A DNA stretch of 64,000 bases, from the IMG/VR virus record IMGVR_UViG_3300025108_004499; one strand, written 5' to 3'. Below the pieces are notes generated by a model, which was given only the letters and a program-made list of their open reading frames with translations, searched no databases and was not told the DNA's origin. Origin of the DNA: a virus. The position numbers were made by a program, and so were the translations under genes. Shown here one piece after another: positions 48,509 to 58,070 of the stretch. Position 1 is the stretch's first letter; every line of letters begins with the position of its first letter.

Positions 48509-50860
48509 CTATCTCTCTACTGCTCTGTTAGCGGCAGTAAATACTGCTCTGTTAACTAATTTAATATCGCCTTCAGGATGAGCTAACACATACCCTTCGC
48601 CGCCTTCTTCGCCTGCTGTCTTAGCCTTAACCGCATTTGGGTTTTTATCTAAGTCAGCAATTATACTATCTTTAACTTTCATTACACCTGTAATAACTTC
48701 AAATAATGATGTCCAAGCATTCATGTTCTGTTTGATATATTCAATAATCTTTTTTTGCTTAACTTGGCTTATTCCTTTTTGTGACATTAACCATTTAGTA
48801 AAGTCACGTCCTAAGTTATCAAGTCCTGTGTCAACTTTACTGTTCATATACTTGTAAATAATTTTAGGAAAGTCTGTCATTTTCATTTGTCTTAGTTTGT
48901 TTTGATCAAGTAGACTATCAATGTCTGCACTATCTTTTTTAATGATTTGTTCTAGCCTGTCAATTTCTGGGCTATCAACTTGTGCAGGCTGTTCTATTGA
49001 TACAGGAGGTACAACTAATAAGTCATTACCTTGGAATATCTCTAGGTCTTTAAGTGGATGTTCTCCACCGTCTGGGTCTACCATTCTGTGTACAACTACA
49101 CCAGCAGTTGATTTAGCAATCTTCTTGCCTAGGTCACTTGCAACATCAACAGCATATTCTACAATTTGTGGTTTAAATACAAAGTTCTTTTCTATTACTG
49201 GCGGAGTGTTATAATATAACAAGTCGCCTTTGAAGTAACCTCTATAGTCTTTTGGTACTGCTTTTTCAAACACACTAAATGCTTGCCCCATGCTATCTGC
49301 AAATGCTATACGTTTTGGATCGTCTTTGTTTACTCCACCACTTCGTCCAAGTAATTCTTGTTTAAGTGCGTCTGGGCTAGTTGTTCTACCAACTCCGCCT
49401 TTTTTAACAAATCCACTTTTGTCTGTGAATACAAATTCACCATCGTCATTACGACCAAACACAACTGCGGGAGATCCGTCCCATTTAAGTGTAACGTTTC
49501 CTTTTCCACCTTGTGCCATGTTGCGTAAACTTTGTAACGCTCTTGATGCTCCTTGTGAACCTTGTAGGTAAACTAGATCCTCAGCATGATCAATTCTTGC
49601 GGCTTCTCTAAGAACACTCTCATTTTTTAAAAGTTTAGCTGGTTGGTCTTTGGCTTTTCTATAATAGAGTCTAGGATCTGATACGTATTTGTTACCTGGT
49701 GTTTCAAATTCTTTTTTAGATATATCATTCAATCTTTTAATTGGTTTGTTGTCATCTCTTGTATAACTTACAATATCGATAGGATCATCTGGTATTGATT
49801 TCCAACCTGCTTTTTGCCATTTTGGTAGATCAATTTTTACAATAATTCTGTGAACTCGTTGGCCGCCTTTTACACCTGCAATTCTTACAGTATTGCCTGT
49901 CATTCTTTGTCCTAGTTTAGTAAACTTATCACCAACTTGACCTAGTGTAGTTTTTCCACCACCTGCATCTTTATAAGTTTTTGACATTTTACTAAGGTCA
50001 CCTGTAAAGCTGGCATTGGATCCTGAGCTAGAACCTGCTCTACCAACTGCATATCCTGCCTTCATAGTGTCTAGTGCTTTACCAAACATATTACGTTTCT
50101 CTGGCTCTGCTTCGTCTACTCTTTGTTTAGCTTGTAACATTCCAGTTATCATACCACGTGACTCTGGTAGTGGTAATCCTTGTTTTTCAAAGTTTGCAAA
50201 TGCATCTGCTGTTAGTGCATCAAAGTCTGGAGAGCCTTTAATCTTCTTAACCATAGTTTCAACACTATCTAAGTCAGCACGGTTAGCACCTTGGCCTAGT
50301 AGTGCTACTGCAACTTCATCTGGTGCACCAGCAACAAGATCGTTTGTTTCTCTGTCAAGCAATCCTTTACCAGGAGACCATTTCATTCCTCTTGCCTTTG
50401 CCATACTAGCAATCATAATTGCTCTGTGAGCACCTTTGTATACTGTTCCGTCACCTGTACCTTTGAATGCAAACTTCATTGCTTCTGGATTACCAAACAT
50501 TAAATCTGTCTGTACATATCCATTGTTAGGGTTTCCGTTGATAGGTGTTTTAAAATGTACACTGATACCTGACTTAGCAACCCATTGCCTAGTAGTATCG
50601 TCTGGATGGTTTTTCATTTTCCATGCATTAAGTTTATCAAATAATTCTTGCTTGTCTACTTTGCTTGCATCAATAGCAACATCTAAGTCACCACTTGTAT
50701 CTTTAATACCTGTTGAGCCAAGTTTCATATCAGTATGATTCAAACCTGTAATCTTTTCTAACCAAGTAAGTGTTGGATCAACATCATGCCTGGCAATGCG
50801 TTGTGTGACAGGTGTGCCCTGTTCGTCTTTGAATATATTTCCGCCTTCTTTAAGAATCAT
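48509..50860 (-). CDS. Fusion of Pol-beta-type nucleotidyltransferase and ligase-like (DUF6267-like) domains
   Basis: LGSTG....SGDLDVAID and VQTDLM; later KWDGSPA, FKGDLLY, EGYV, KLV. Confidence 0.6.
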   Translation of the reverse strand: MILKEGGNIFKDEQGTPVTQRIARHDVDPTLTWLEKITGLNHTDMKLGSTGIKDTSGDLDVAIDASKVDKQELFDKLNAWKMKNHPDDTTRQWVAKSGISVHFKTPINGNPNNGYVQTDLMFGNPEAMKFAFKGTGDGTVYKGAHRAIMIASMAKARGMKWSPGKGLLDRETNDLVAGAPDEVAVALLGQGANRADLDSVETMVKKIKGSPDFDALTADAFANFEKQGLPLPESRGMITGMLQAKQRVDEAEPEKRNMFGKALDTMKAGYAVGRAGSSSGSNASFTGDLSKMSKTYKDAGGGKTTLGQVGDKFTKLGQRMTGNTVRIAGVKGGQRVHRIIVKIDLPKWQKAGWKSIPDDPIDIVSYTRDDNKPIKRLNDISKKEFETPGNKYVSDPRLYYRKAKDQPAKLLKNESVLREAARIDHAEDLVYLQGSQGASRALQSLRNMAQGGKGNVTLKWDGSPAVVFGRNDDGEFVFTDKSGFVKKGGVGRTTSPDALKQELLGRSGGVNKDDPKRIAFADSMGQAFSVFEKAVPKDYRGYFKGDLLYYNTPPVIEKNFVFKPQIVEYAVDVASDLGKKIAKSTAGVVVHRMVDPDGGEHPLKDLEIFQGNDLLVVPPVSIEQPAQVDSPEIDRLEQIIKKDSADIDSLLDQNKLRQMKMTDFPKIIYKYMNSKVDTGLDNLGRDFTKWLMSQKGISQVKQKKIIEYIKQNMNAWTSLFEVITGVMKVKDSIIADLDKNPNAVKAKTAGEEGGEGYVLAHPEGDIKLVNRAVFTAANRAVER

Positions 50861-51110
50861 TTTTCTTGCTCTCATTAATTTTTTGTATGCCACGTTTAAA
50901 TTTACGTGAATCGCCACTCTTTACACTGTTTATAAACCTACGTTCAAGCTCTAGAGCTTCTTCTGGTGAATAGTGTTCAGACATCTGTTCAAACAAGTTA
51001 ACTGCACTCTCAACAAGGTTTATCCCTGTAGTTTCGATTAGGTGTTCTTTATTTCTATTGAAATTAAGATTATTCAGTTCTTCAAGTATAGATCTAGTAG
51101 CTTTTTTCAT
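50850..51110 (-). CDS. Hypothetical late protein
   Basis: TRSILEELN...ELERR..NS.K.GD..KF.RGI. Confidence 0.65.
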   Translation of the reverse strand: MKKATRSILEELNNLNFNRNKEHLIETTGINLVESAVNLFEQMSEHYSPEEALELERRFINSVKSGDSRKFKRGIQKINESKKNDS

Positions 51111-51179
51111 TATGTTACATTCCTTATATGGTATTTAGTCACATTACGTTATAAATATTGTATTAACGGAGGGTGAAGT

Positions 51180-51941
51180 ATGACAATCAAAAAAATGGAC
51201 TTTAATGCTCGTTCCTTATTATTTGCAAAGTTATCAAGTATAGCATATAATAATGTCAAAGAAGCAAAAAGTCAAGCGAAAAAATTAGGATTCACTACAA
51301 CTGAATTCTACCAAAAGGATGGAGCACAAGCATATCGCTTCATGAACAAAACAGATCTAGTAATTGCATGTCGTGGAACTGAACCAACAGAGTTTAACGA
51401 TATAAGTGCAGATCTAAAAGCATTGCCAGTAATGGCAGAAACAATCTCAAGAGTGCATCAAGGTTTTAAAGCAGAGGTAGATGAACTATGGCCTGCTATT
51501 ACAGAAGACATTAACCGTAAAGCAAACTTAGGCAAAACACTTTGGTTTTGTGGACATAGTTTAGGAGCGGCCATGGCAACAATAATGGCCAGTCGTTGTT
51601 TACATGATGTAGAACTTAACGATCCAGTTGAACTATACACATTTGGTTCGCCACGTGTAGGTTGGAGAGGTTATGTTAAGAGCTTAGGTGTTGTACATCA
51701 TCGTTGGAAGAACAACAATGACATTGTCACTACTGTTCCTCTTGCTGTTATGGGTTATGTACATCATGGTACAGAACATTATCTAAATGCATATGGCAAC
51801 TACAGAAAACCTACGGGTTGGCAGTTGTGGAAAGACAAGTGGCGTGGTATATGGATGGGCCTAAAGCAAGGTAAGATAGATAGCTTTGGCGATCATTCAA
51901 TGACTGAATACATAAAACACATTACACGAATAGAGAGCTAA
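51180..51941 (+). CDS. Class 3 lipase
   Basis: RGTE, VHQGF, GHSLGAA, TFGSPRVG, NNNDIV..VP, DHSM. Confidence 0.9.
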   Translation: MTIKKMDFNARSLLFAKLSSIAYNNVKEAKSQAKKLGFTTTEFYQKDGAQAYRFMNKTDLVIACRGTEPTEFNDISADLKALPVMAETISRVHQGFKAEVDELWPAITEDINRKANLGKTLWFCGHSLGAAMATIMASRCLHDVELNDPVELYTFGSPRVGWRGYVKSLGVVHHRWKNNNDIVTTVPLAVMGYVHHGTEHYLNAYGNYRKPTGWQLWKDKWRGIWMGLKQGKIDSFGDHSMTEYIKHITRIES

Positions 51942-52854
51942 CACTTTCTTCGTTTGTAACACGTCTAATAGCTTCACCAAACAAAGGCGCGACACTAACC
52001 TGTCGTGTCTTTTTACAATTCTTAGGACAACGATTAGGTACACTGTCTGTAACTACTAATTCTTCAAGTACACTCTTCTCAACCTTTTGACAAGCCTCGC
52101 CTGATAGTACACCATGTGTGATGTATGCTCTAACACTTAGAGCCCCTTGATCCATAATTGCTTTAGCCGCATTGCATAATGTTCCGCCTGAGTCTACAAT
52201 GTCATCTACTAGGATAGCATGTTTACCTTGTACTTCGCCTATTAGATTCATTACTTCACTCTTGCCTGCTTCTGGTCTACGTTTGTCTACAATAGCAATG
52301 TCGCCTCCAAACATATCAGCAAACTTTCTAGCACGAACAACTCCGCCTGCATCTGGCGAAACAAATACTGCTCCTTCTTCTGCTTTTACTCGACGCTTGA
52401 TGTCTTTAGCAAACACTACACGGCTTGTTAAATCATCTACTGGGATGTCAAAGAAACCTTGTATCTGTCCTGCGTGTAAATCCATTGTTAAGATTCTGTC
52501 TGCTCCTGCTGTTACAATTAAATTACTAACAAGTTTAGCAGTAATTGGAGTTCGACTTGCACTCTTACGATCCTGTCTGGCATAACCAAAGTAAGGAATG
52601 ACTGCTGTAATTCTATTAGCACTTGATCTACGTGCCGCATCAATCATAATCATAAGTTCCATAATGCTGTCATTAACTGGAGTACATGTACTCTGTATAA
52701 TGAAAACGTCTTCTCCTCGAATGTTCTCTAAGAACTCCACGCTGGACTCTCCGTCTGCAAACGTGGTTACCTTCGCTGGCACTAGTGTCGCAAAACAATG
52801 TTCTGCAATCGCTTGTGCTAGGTCTGGGTTAGCATTTCCTGTGATGATTTTCAT
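51922..52854 (-). CDS. prs: Ribose-phosphate pyrophosphokinase
   Basis: FADGE, PYFGYARQDRK, DLHAGQIQGFFDIP, SPDAGG, VDDIVDSGGT. Confidence 0.97.
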   Translation of the reverse strand: MKIITGNANPDLAQAIAEHCFATLVPAKVTTFADGESSVEFLENIRGEDVFIIQSTCTPVNDSIMELMIMIDAARRSSANRITAVIPYFGYARQDRKSASRTPITAKLVSNLIVTAGADRILTMDLHAGQIQGFFDIPVDDLTSRVVFAKDIKRRVKAEEGAVFVSPDAGGVVRARKFADMFGGDIAIVDKRRPEAGKSEVMNLIGEVQGKHAILVDDIVDSGGTLCNAAKAIMDQGALSVRAYITHGVLSGEACQKVEKSVLEELVVTDSVPNRCPKNCKKTRQVSVAPLFGEAIRRVTNEESVSSLFV

Positions 52855-53039
52855 TTTCAAGTTGTAAGCCTTCCTACTTTGTTGTGATGTAATGTAATAC
52901 TTATATAATAATGTCATCAGGGGTAGAAGTCAAGAGAAAAAAGACTCATGCACACAACGCATGGCCGTCTTGCGTAAAAAGCACTTGATTTCAGCTCATT
53001 CTAATGTTATATTATTAGTGTAAAGTATAAATACAAGCG

Positions 53040-53200
53040 TTAAAAGAACTGCAATGGCGATTTTAACCACACACATAGACACACTGGAAAGACAGTGGGA
53101 TGGCGCAGACATCCTAAAAAAGCGAACGACGGCTACCAAAGGTAGTTGCACCGCCGGGGAAGTTCCGGGGTATTGCTTTCCTCAAGCATCATTGAAAACT
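53040..53200 (+). ncRNA. Candidate multi-hairpin RNA leader/sRNA ahead of the DUF1127 cluster
   Basis: Five tandem hairpins (CACTG/CAGTG, GGATG/CATCC, CTACC/GGTAG, CCGG/CCGG, TGCTT/AAGCA) in a GC-rich non-coding island after a TATAAATA box. Confidence 0.55.
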
Positions 53201-53217
53201 TAACCAAGGAGAATAAA

Positions 53218-53394
53218 ATGTTCGAAATGACATTCAACGGCCTTGTGAGTTTGCTTGGACCTAAACCGGGTACACGGTTTGAACGCGAGATGCTCACATT
53301 TGCCAAAACAGAGTACGGAAAAGATTGGCGTTACGCCTATGAGTATATGCTTGACCATGCAGGTAAAGCACCAAGAATGGGAGTACATCAATAA
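53218..53394 (+). CDS. Small hypothetical protein
   Basis: AGGAG RBS before MFEMTF; FAKTEYGKDW.YAY. Confidence 0.65.
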   Translation: MFEMTFNGLVSLLGPKPGTRFEREMLTFAKTEYGKDWRYAYEYMLDHAGKAPRMGVHQ

Positions 53395-53651
53395 TGGCCC
53401 ATTATGTATTAGAAGCATCAAATTGGATCCAAGATGCAATCCACGGATTCAGCGACTTACGTAGAGCAATGAGAGCTCGTGCAGAACGCAAAGCGGCATA
53501 CAAACGTACATTAAATGAACTTAGCAAGTTAACTGACTTTGAACTAAACGACATTGGTATTTGTCGTGGCGACATTAGAAACGTAGCACGTGGTGATAGA
53601 ACAATCATACGTGGTATAGAAGTTAACGAAAACTTGAGAGGATCAGTATAA
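53394..53651 (+). CDS. DUF1127 (YjiS-like) protein
   Basis: Y.RT..ELS.LTD.EL.DIGI.RGDI. Confidence 0.88.
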   Translation: MAHYVLEASNWIQDAIHGFSDLRRAMRARAERKAAYKRTLNELSKLTDFELNDIGICRGDIRNVARGDRTIIRGIEVNENLRGSV

Positions 53652-53866
53652 TGACTGTAGCAACAATGACTAACACAACATGGTCTTACACATGTAAAAT
53701 CTGTAAGACAATTAGAACTGCATTAAGTATTGCATTTGTAGGTTTAATTGCATTTGGTGAATCAGCAGGCAGAGCAAGAGCGGCGGCACAACTTACCAGA
53801 GACGGTTACCACGACGAAGCGAAAGCATTGATGTTATCTCCAAAGGAGTATGGCAAAGATGTTTAA
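53651..53866 (+). CDS. Small protein, possible DUF1127-related
   Basis: GRARAAAQL.R.GY..EAK.LM. Confidence 0.55.
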   Translation: MTVATMTNTTWSYTCKICKTIRTALSIAFVGLIAFGESAGRARAAAQLTRDGYHDEAKALMLSPKEYGKDV

Positions 53867-53993
53867 ACGTTTTATAAGAGCGATGGAATACAGAAGTTAC
53901 TGTATGGCAATCCGTGAACTAAGAAGCAGAGGCTATTATAAAAAAGCTGATGAGATTTCAGAGTTCAAGCATGAGACTTACGGGAGCTTCTAA
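53859..53993 (+). CDS. Small protein, possible DUF1127-related (44 aa)
   Basis: MFKRFIRAMEYRSYCMAIRELRSRGYYKKADEI; AGGAG RBS; resembles preceding ORF. Confidence 0.55.
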   Translation: MFKRFIRAMEYRSYCMAIRELRSRGYYKKADEISEFKHETYGSF

Positions 53994-54222
53994 TGTTAGA
54001 TCCAGATCACTCATATGTTAAGCCCAAGGGCGAAAAGAAGAAAGGCGGCAAATAATGTGGCCTTACACTGACGAAGAAAACGACTTCTTGAACGGCAAAT
54101 AAGTCTGCTACAAATTAGCACACACATATAATACGAGTTGACCTTAGGGTCGATTCGTGCTATATATTATACACGCTATAAATTCTTATAGCACACTACA
54201 CATATACACAAAGGAAAACAAA

Positions 54223-54654
54223 ATGAGAAAATTACTATCTACAGTTGCCCTTATGGGTCTACTAACAACACCAGCACTAGCCGCAGACATCTCCGTTGAC
54301 ATGCTGAACAAGCGTGACGATGGAGCAAAAATGGTTTACTCAGAAGACATCTCAACTATCGAAGTAGGTGATTCAATCACATGGTTGCCAACATCAAAAG
54401 GACACAATGTAGAATTTATTGCAGGTCCAGATGGTTGGGACGCACCAAAGAAATCAAAATTATCAAAACAATACACTTACGCATTTGACACACCAGGCGT
54501 ATATCTATATCAATGCTCCCCACACAAAACAATGGGAATGATTGCTATTGTAGTTGTAGGTGAACTAACACAAGAAGGCATTGATGCTATTAAAGACGCC
54601 AAAGTACGTGGCAAGTCAAAGAAAAAACTAAAGGCACTATTAGCTGATCTATAA
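54223..54654 (+). CDS. Pseudoazurin-like type-1 copper protein
   Basis: Signal peptide ALA; GHNVEF and YQCSPHKTMGM (His/Cys/His/Met ligands). Confidence 0.9.
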   Translation: MRKLLSTVALMGLLTTPALAADISVDMLNKRDDGAKMVYSEDISTIEVGDSITWLPTSKGHNVEFIAGPDGWDAPKKSKLSKQYTYAFDTPGVYLYQCSPHKTMGMIAIVVVGELTQEGIDAIKDAKVRGKSKKKLKALLADL

Positions 54655-54851
54655 TGGACAAAGTTAGAACAGATGCACAGAAACAAGCTGAGGTCGCATT
54701 TGACGGCTTCATCTTGTGGAGTAAACGTGTAACTTGGATATCTATTATTTGTTTATTAATTGTTGCTAAGTGTAACTTTGGTGTTGAAGAAGGTCAGTAC
54801 CCAGGTTACAATGGAGAACAGTATAGCCCATCAGGACTGAGTACAAATTAA
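54654..54851 (+). CDS. aa3-type cytochrome c oxidase subunit IV-like peptide
   Basis: AE..FDGF..WSK followed by a single TM, as in alphaproteobacterial CtaH. Confidence 0.55.
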   Translation: MDKVRTDAQKQAEVAFDGFILWSKRVTWISIICLLIVAKCNFGVEEGQYPGYNGEQYSPSGLSTN

Positions 54852-55429
54852 CAGGAGTCTCGTTATTAGCTGATATTTAAAGTATTTGATAAGTACCATT
54901 ATAATTAGCTAACTCGAAAGTATCGTTATGAAAACTACTGACAATTCTATTCTAAGAGCATTGGTAAGACTTAGAATGTTCTATGCAGATTTCCGTGGTC
55001 ATCATGGAAAGCGTTGGGACTACGAACCTTCCAATAATTACTTAGGAATGAAACAATCTAAGAAATGGAAGAACAAAAATGCCAAAGCCGAATGGAAACT
55101 TTAATTTAACAGTACAGGATGTAGAGCATATTGAACGTGCTCTACATCAGTACCAAGTGTCTTTAGAAGACGATACTGACAAGAAGAAAATAGTTGACTT
55201 ACTAGCTAGGTTGTATCATCAAAAGAATTGGTATAGACCTAAGAGTAAAAACTATGTTAGTGGTTAGATGAATCCGCAACTGAGGACAGTAATACTAATG
55301 TGGGCAGTAATAATACTGCTACACTTTATAGTGATACCTATTTGGATGTGGAATTTAGGATTACATTAAAATGACAGAGCCCTCCGCCAAGAAGGCTCTG
55401 CCATAACTTAAAAGTGTTATGATTTAATA

Positions 55430-55666
55430 TTACGACTTGCGATTGTAGATATGATATAACACCCAAACAGCTACTAGTCCAACTAGTCCCTGAGCTGATA
55501 ACGCTGTTATCATTCCAGTAATGTTGTCTACTACGCTGATGTTTGGCCAGAACGGAATGTTCTGTCCGTTAAATAGGATTTCGAGTACGATAGCTAATGA
55601 AATAAGTGATATACCTACTTCAGTAATAGCACCGGCCCAACCCTTTACTTTGTTTAAGATTTCCAT
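55430..55666 (-). CDS. Small membrane protein
   Basis: Two TM segments, strong RBS, late box. Confidence 0.65.
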   Translation of the reverse strand: MEILNKVKGWAGAITEVGISLISLAIVLEILFNGQNIPFWPNISVVDNITGMITALSAQGLVGLVAVWVLYHIYNRKS

Positions 55667-55775
55667 TTGGATCTCCTTTCAAATTGCTGAGTAATAGTAC
55701 TCAGTCATTTATTTAGAGTCGAAGATCCAAAAGTTAAACTACCATAAATGGTCTTAGGTACCAAAAATGTAGGAT

Positions 55776-56198
55776 TTATTTTATCCAGGCTACTTTTTCG
55801 CCAGCTTTTACCCTGCGTTCTTGCTCTTTTACACTACCTGGATATCTCCAAGCCCAAATAGCAACTAGTGCCATTGAACCACCTGTCCATGCTACAGCCG
55901 CAACATTGTAGGTTGTAAACCAAAAGAAAATAAGCGAGGATGCCATTACAGCAATCATAGCATATTTGCCTTTGGTCGGAAATACTTTCTTTTGTGTCCA
56001 GTTAGTTAGGAACGGTCCAAAGTATTTGTGATTGTATAACCAATCGTGCATTTTCTTATTACTCTTAGCAAAACAATATGCCGCTAAGACAAGAAAAATT
56101 GAGAACGGTATGCCTGGTACTACTACACCAACGTATGCCATTCCAAGTGATAGGAAACCTAGTCCCATCCATAGATATTTTTTAATACTAATTTTCAT
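55776..56198 (-). CDS. YbaN/DUF454 family membrane protein
   Basis: G...P..P...[10 protein letters not shown]....H.WL..H..FGP....W. Confidence 0.85.
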   Translation of the reverse strand: MKISIKKYLWMGLGFLSLGMAYVGVVVPGIPFSIFLVLAAYCFAKSNKKMHDWLYNHKYFGPFLTNWTQKKVFPTKGKYAMIAVMASSLIFFWFTTYNVAAVAWTGGSMALVAIWAWRYPGSVKEQERRVKAGEKVAWIK

Positions 56199-57381
56199 TT
56201 AATACTTTCCTTAATGAATCCACCAGCTCTGAAATCATTGCATCTGTATGCAAAGGTGTTGGAGCAAATCTTAAACGTTCTGTTCCTTCTGCTACTGTTG
56301 GATAGTTAATTGGTTGACAGTAGATGCCGTGTTCTTCTAACAAAACATCACTGAGTTTCTTACAACGTACAGGATCACCTATCATCACTGGAACAATATG
56401 AGTACTTGCATTTTCATGTACTTCTATATCATAGTGTGCAAGTTTTCTTTTGAGTTTACTTGCTTGTAGTTGATGCTGTTCGCGTAATTCGTTGTGGTCC
56501 ATTACGTACTTGACACTTGCCAAAGCGCCTGCACATATAACTGGACTAGAACTTGTTGTAAAGATAAAACCCGAGGCGACAGAACGGATAGCGTCTATAA
56601 CGATTGCTTCCCCAGCAATATATCCTCCCTGTACACCAAAGGCTTTTCCTAAAGTGCCGTTGACAATATCGATTCTATCTTGTAAGCCAAGTTCTTCTAA
56701 CTTGCCTCCTCCATGCTCGCCATAAAGGCCTACTGCATGTACTTCGTCAATGTATGTCATTGCACCGTATTTCTCTGCTAAATCGCAAACTTCGAGCATA
56801 GGCGAAACGTCCCCATCCATGCTATACACAGACTCAAATACGATACAAGGCGTACCTGACACGTTCTTTAGCTTCTCCTCGAGGTCCTCCATATCATTGT
56901 GCGTCCATATAACCTTGTCTGCACCACTGTGTCGAATGCCTTGAATAAGTGAAGCGTGGTTTGCACTATCACTTAGAAACACAATGTCGGGAATGATTTG
57001 TTTAAGAGCGACCAACGTCCATTCGTTTGCGACATAAGCGGACGTATAAAGTAACGAGCCTTCCTTCTTGTGAAGTTTGGCTAGTTCATGTTCTAATGCT
57101 ACATGATAATGACTTGTTCCAGCAATGTTACGTGTGCCTCCTGCTCCTGCTCCAGTTTGATCCAAGGCAGTGTGCATTGCATCCAGCACAACTTTGTTCT
57201 GACCCATTCCTAGGTAATCATTACTACACCAGTTTACAATGTTCTTAATATTATAAGGTCCATACCAGATAGCGTTAGGATACTCTCCACGCTCTCGGAG
57301 TATATCATTAAAAACTCGGTAGTTGCCTTCAGACTTTAGTTTGTCTATCGTCTTGTGAAATGGTTCTTTGTTTACTGTCAT
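56188..57381 (-). CDS. hemA: 5-aminolevulinate synthase (Shemin pathway)
   Basis: [54 protein letters not shown] (PLP Lys), INYPTV..G.ERLR. Confidence 0.95.
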   Translation of the reverse strand: MTVNKEPFHKTIDKLKSEGNYRVFNDILRERGEYPNAIWYGPYNIKNIVNWCSNDYLGMGQNKVVLDAMHTALDQTGAGAGGTRNIAGTSHYHVALEHELAKLHKKEGSLLYTSAYVANEWTLVALKQIIPDIVFLSDSANHASLIQGIRHSGADKVIWTHNDMEDLEEKLKNVSGTPCIVFESVYSMDGDVSPMLEVCDLAEKYGAMTYIDEVHAVGLYGEHGGGKLEELGLQDRIDIVNGTLGKAFGVQGGYIAGEAIVIDAIRSVASGFIFTTSSSPVICAGALASVKYVMDHNELREQHQLQASKLKRKLAHYDIEVHENASTHIVPVMIGDPVRCKKLSDVLLEEHGIYCQPINYPTVAEGTERLRFAPTPLHTDAMISELVDSLRKVLNEN

Positions 57382-57691
57382 TTAAATACTTCTTAAATTG
57401 TTCTTTGTCTACATGTGTATGGTTGCCAAGATGATGAACGGTGTGAAAAATACCCATGTCGTTAAGTTCTTTTTGGACTTCACACCAGTCTTTGTAACAC
57501 TCTTTAATCCATTTAAACATAATACTACTTATGCCTATGAAATGTATTAGTTTTGGAAAAGGTTGCCCCTGCTAACTTTTGGAAGGTTGACAGCCAATGG
57601 CATGAATCTCTGTTCTCGATTTCGTTAGCAGGGGTACGATGTATCTATGTACTTTTGTTGTAAGAGCTATGCTCCGGGTAATAGTTATATG

Positions 57692-58012
57692 TTATTGCTT
57701 TGAATCGCCGGTTACAAAGTTATAAAATTGATCTGCGGCTTCTAATACTTCTTTACTACCTGGTACTTCAGGAACTGTTAAAGTTGATGTAACTTGTCCA
57801 GTCTTAGGATCACGTTCTACAGTTTGTTCAAACTGACCCCATTTAGCATAATAGTCTTTCCAGACTGAAACACTCGCCAGTTTTAATACTTCTGTGCGAA
57901 TTTCATATCCGTTTTTGTTTGTGGTTACTTTTGGCATTGCCGCTTTAAACATCTCAGTAAACTCTTTGGTCTGTTTAAAGATGGCTTCACCGTACTTTGT
58001 GTCTACGCTCAT
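57692..58012 (-). CDS. Phage hypothetical protein
   Basis: KNGYEIR...A..FY.FV; ACACACAC-AGGAG leader. Confidence 0.7.
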   Translation of the reverse strand: MSVDTKYGEAIFKQTKEFTEMFKAAMPKVTTNKNGYEIRTEVLKLASVSVWKDYYAKWGQFEQTVERDPKTGQVTSTLTVPEVPGSKEVLEAADQFYNFVTGDSKQ

Positions 58013-58070
58013 TATTTTCTCCTTGTATGTGTGTGTAGTGTTATTATTATAACAGAGTATTTAGCGTATG

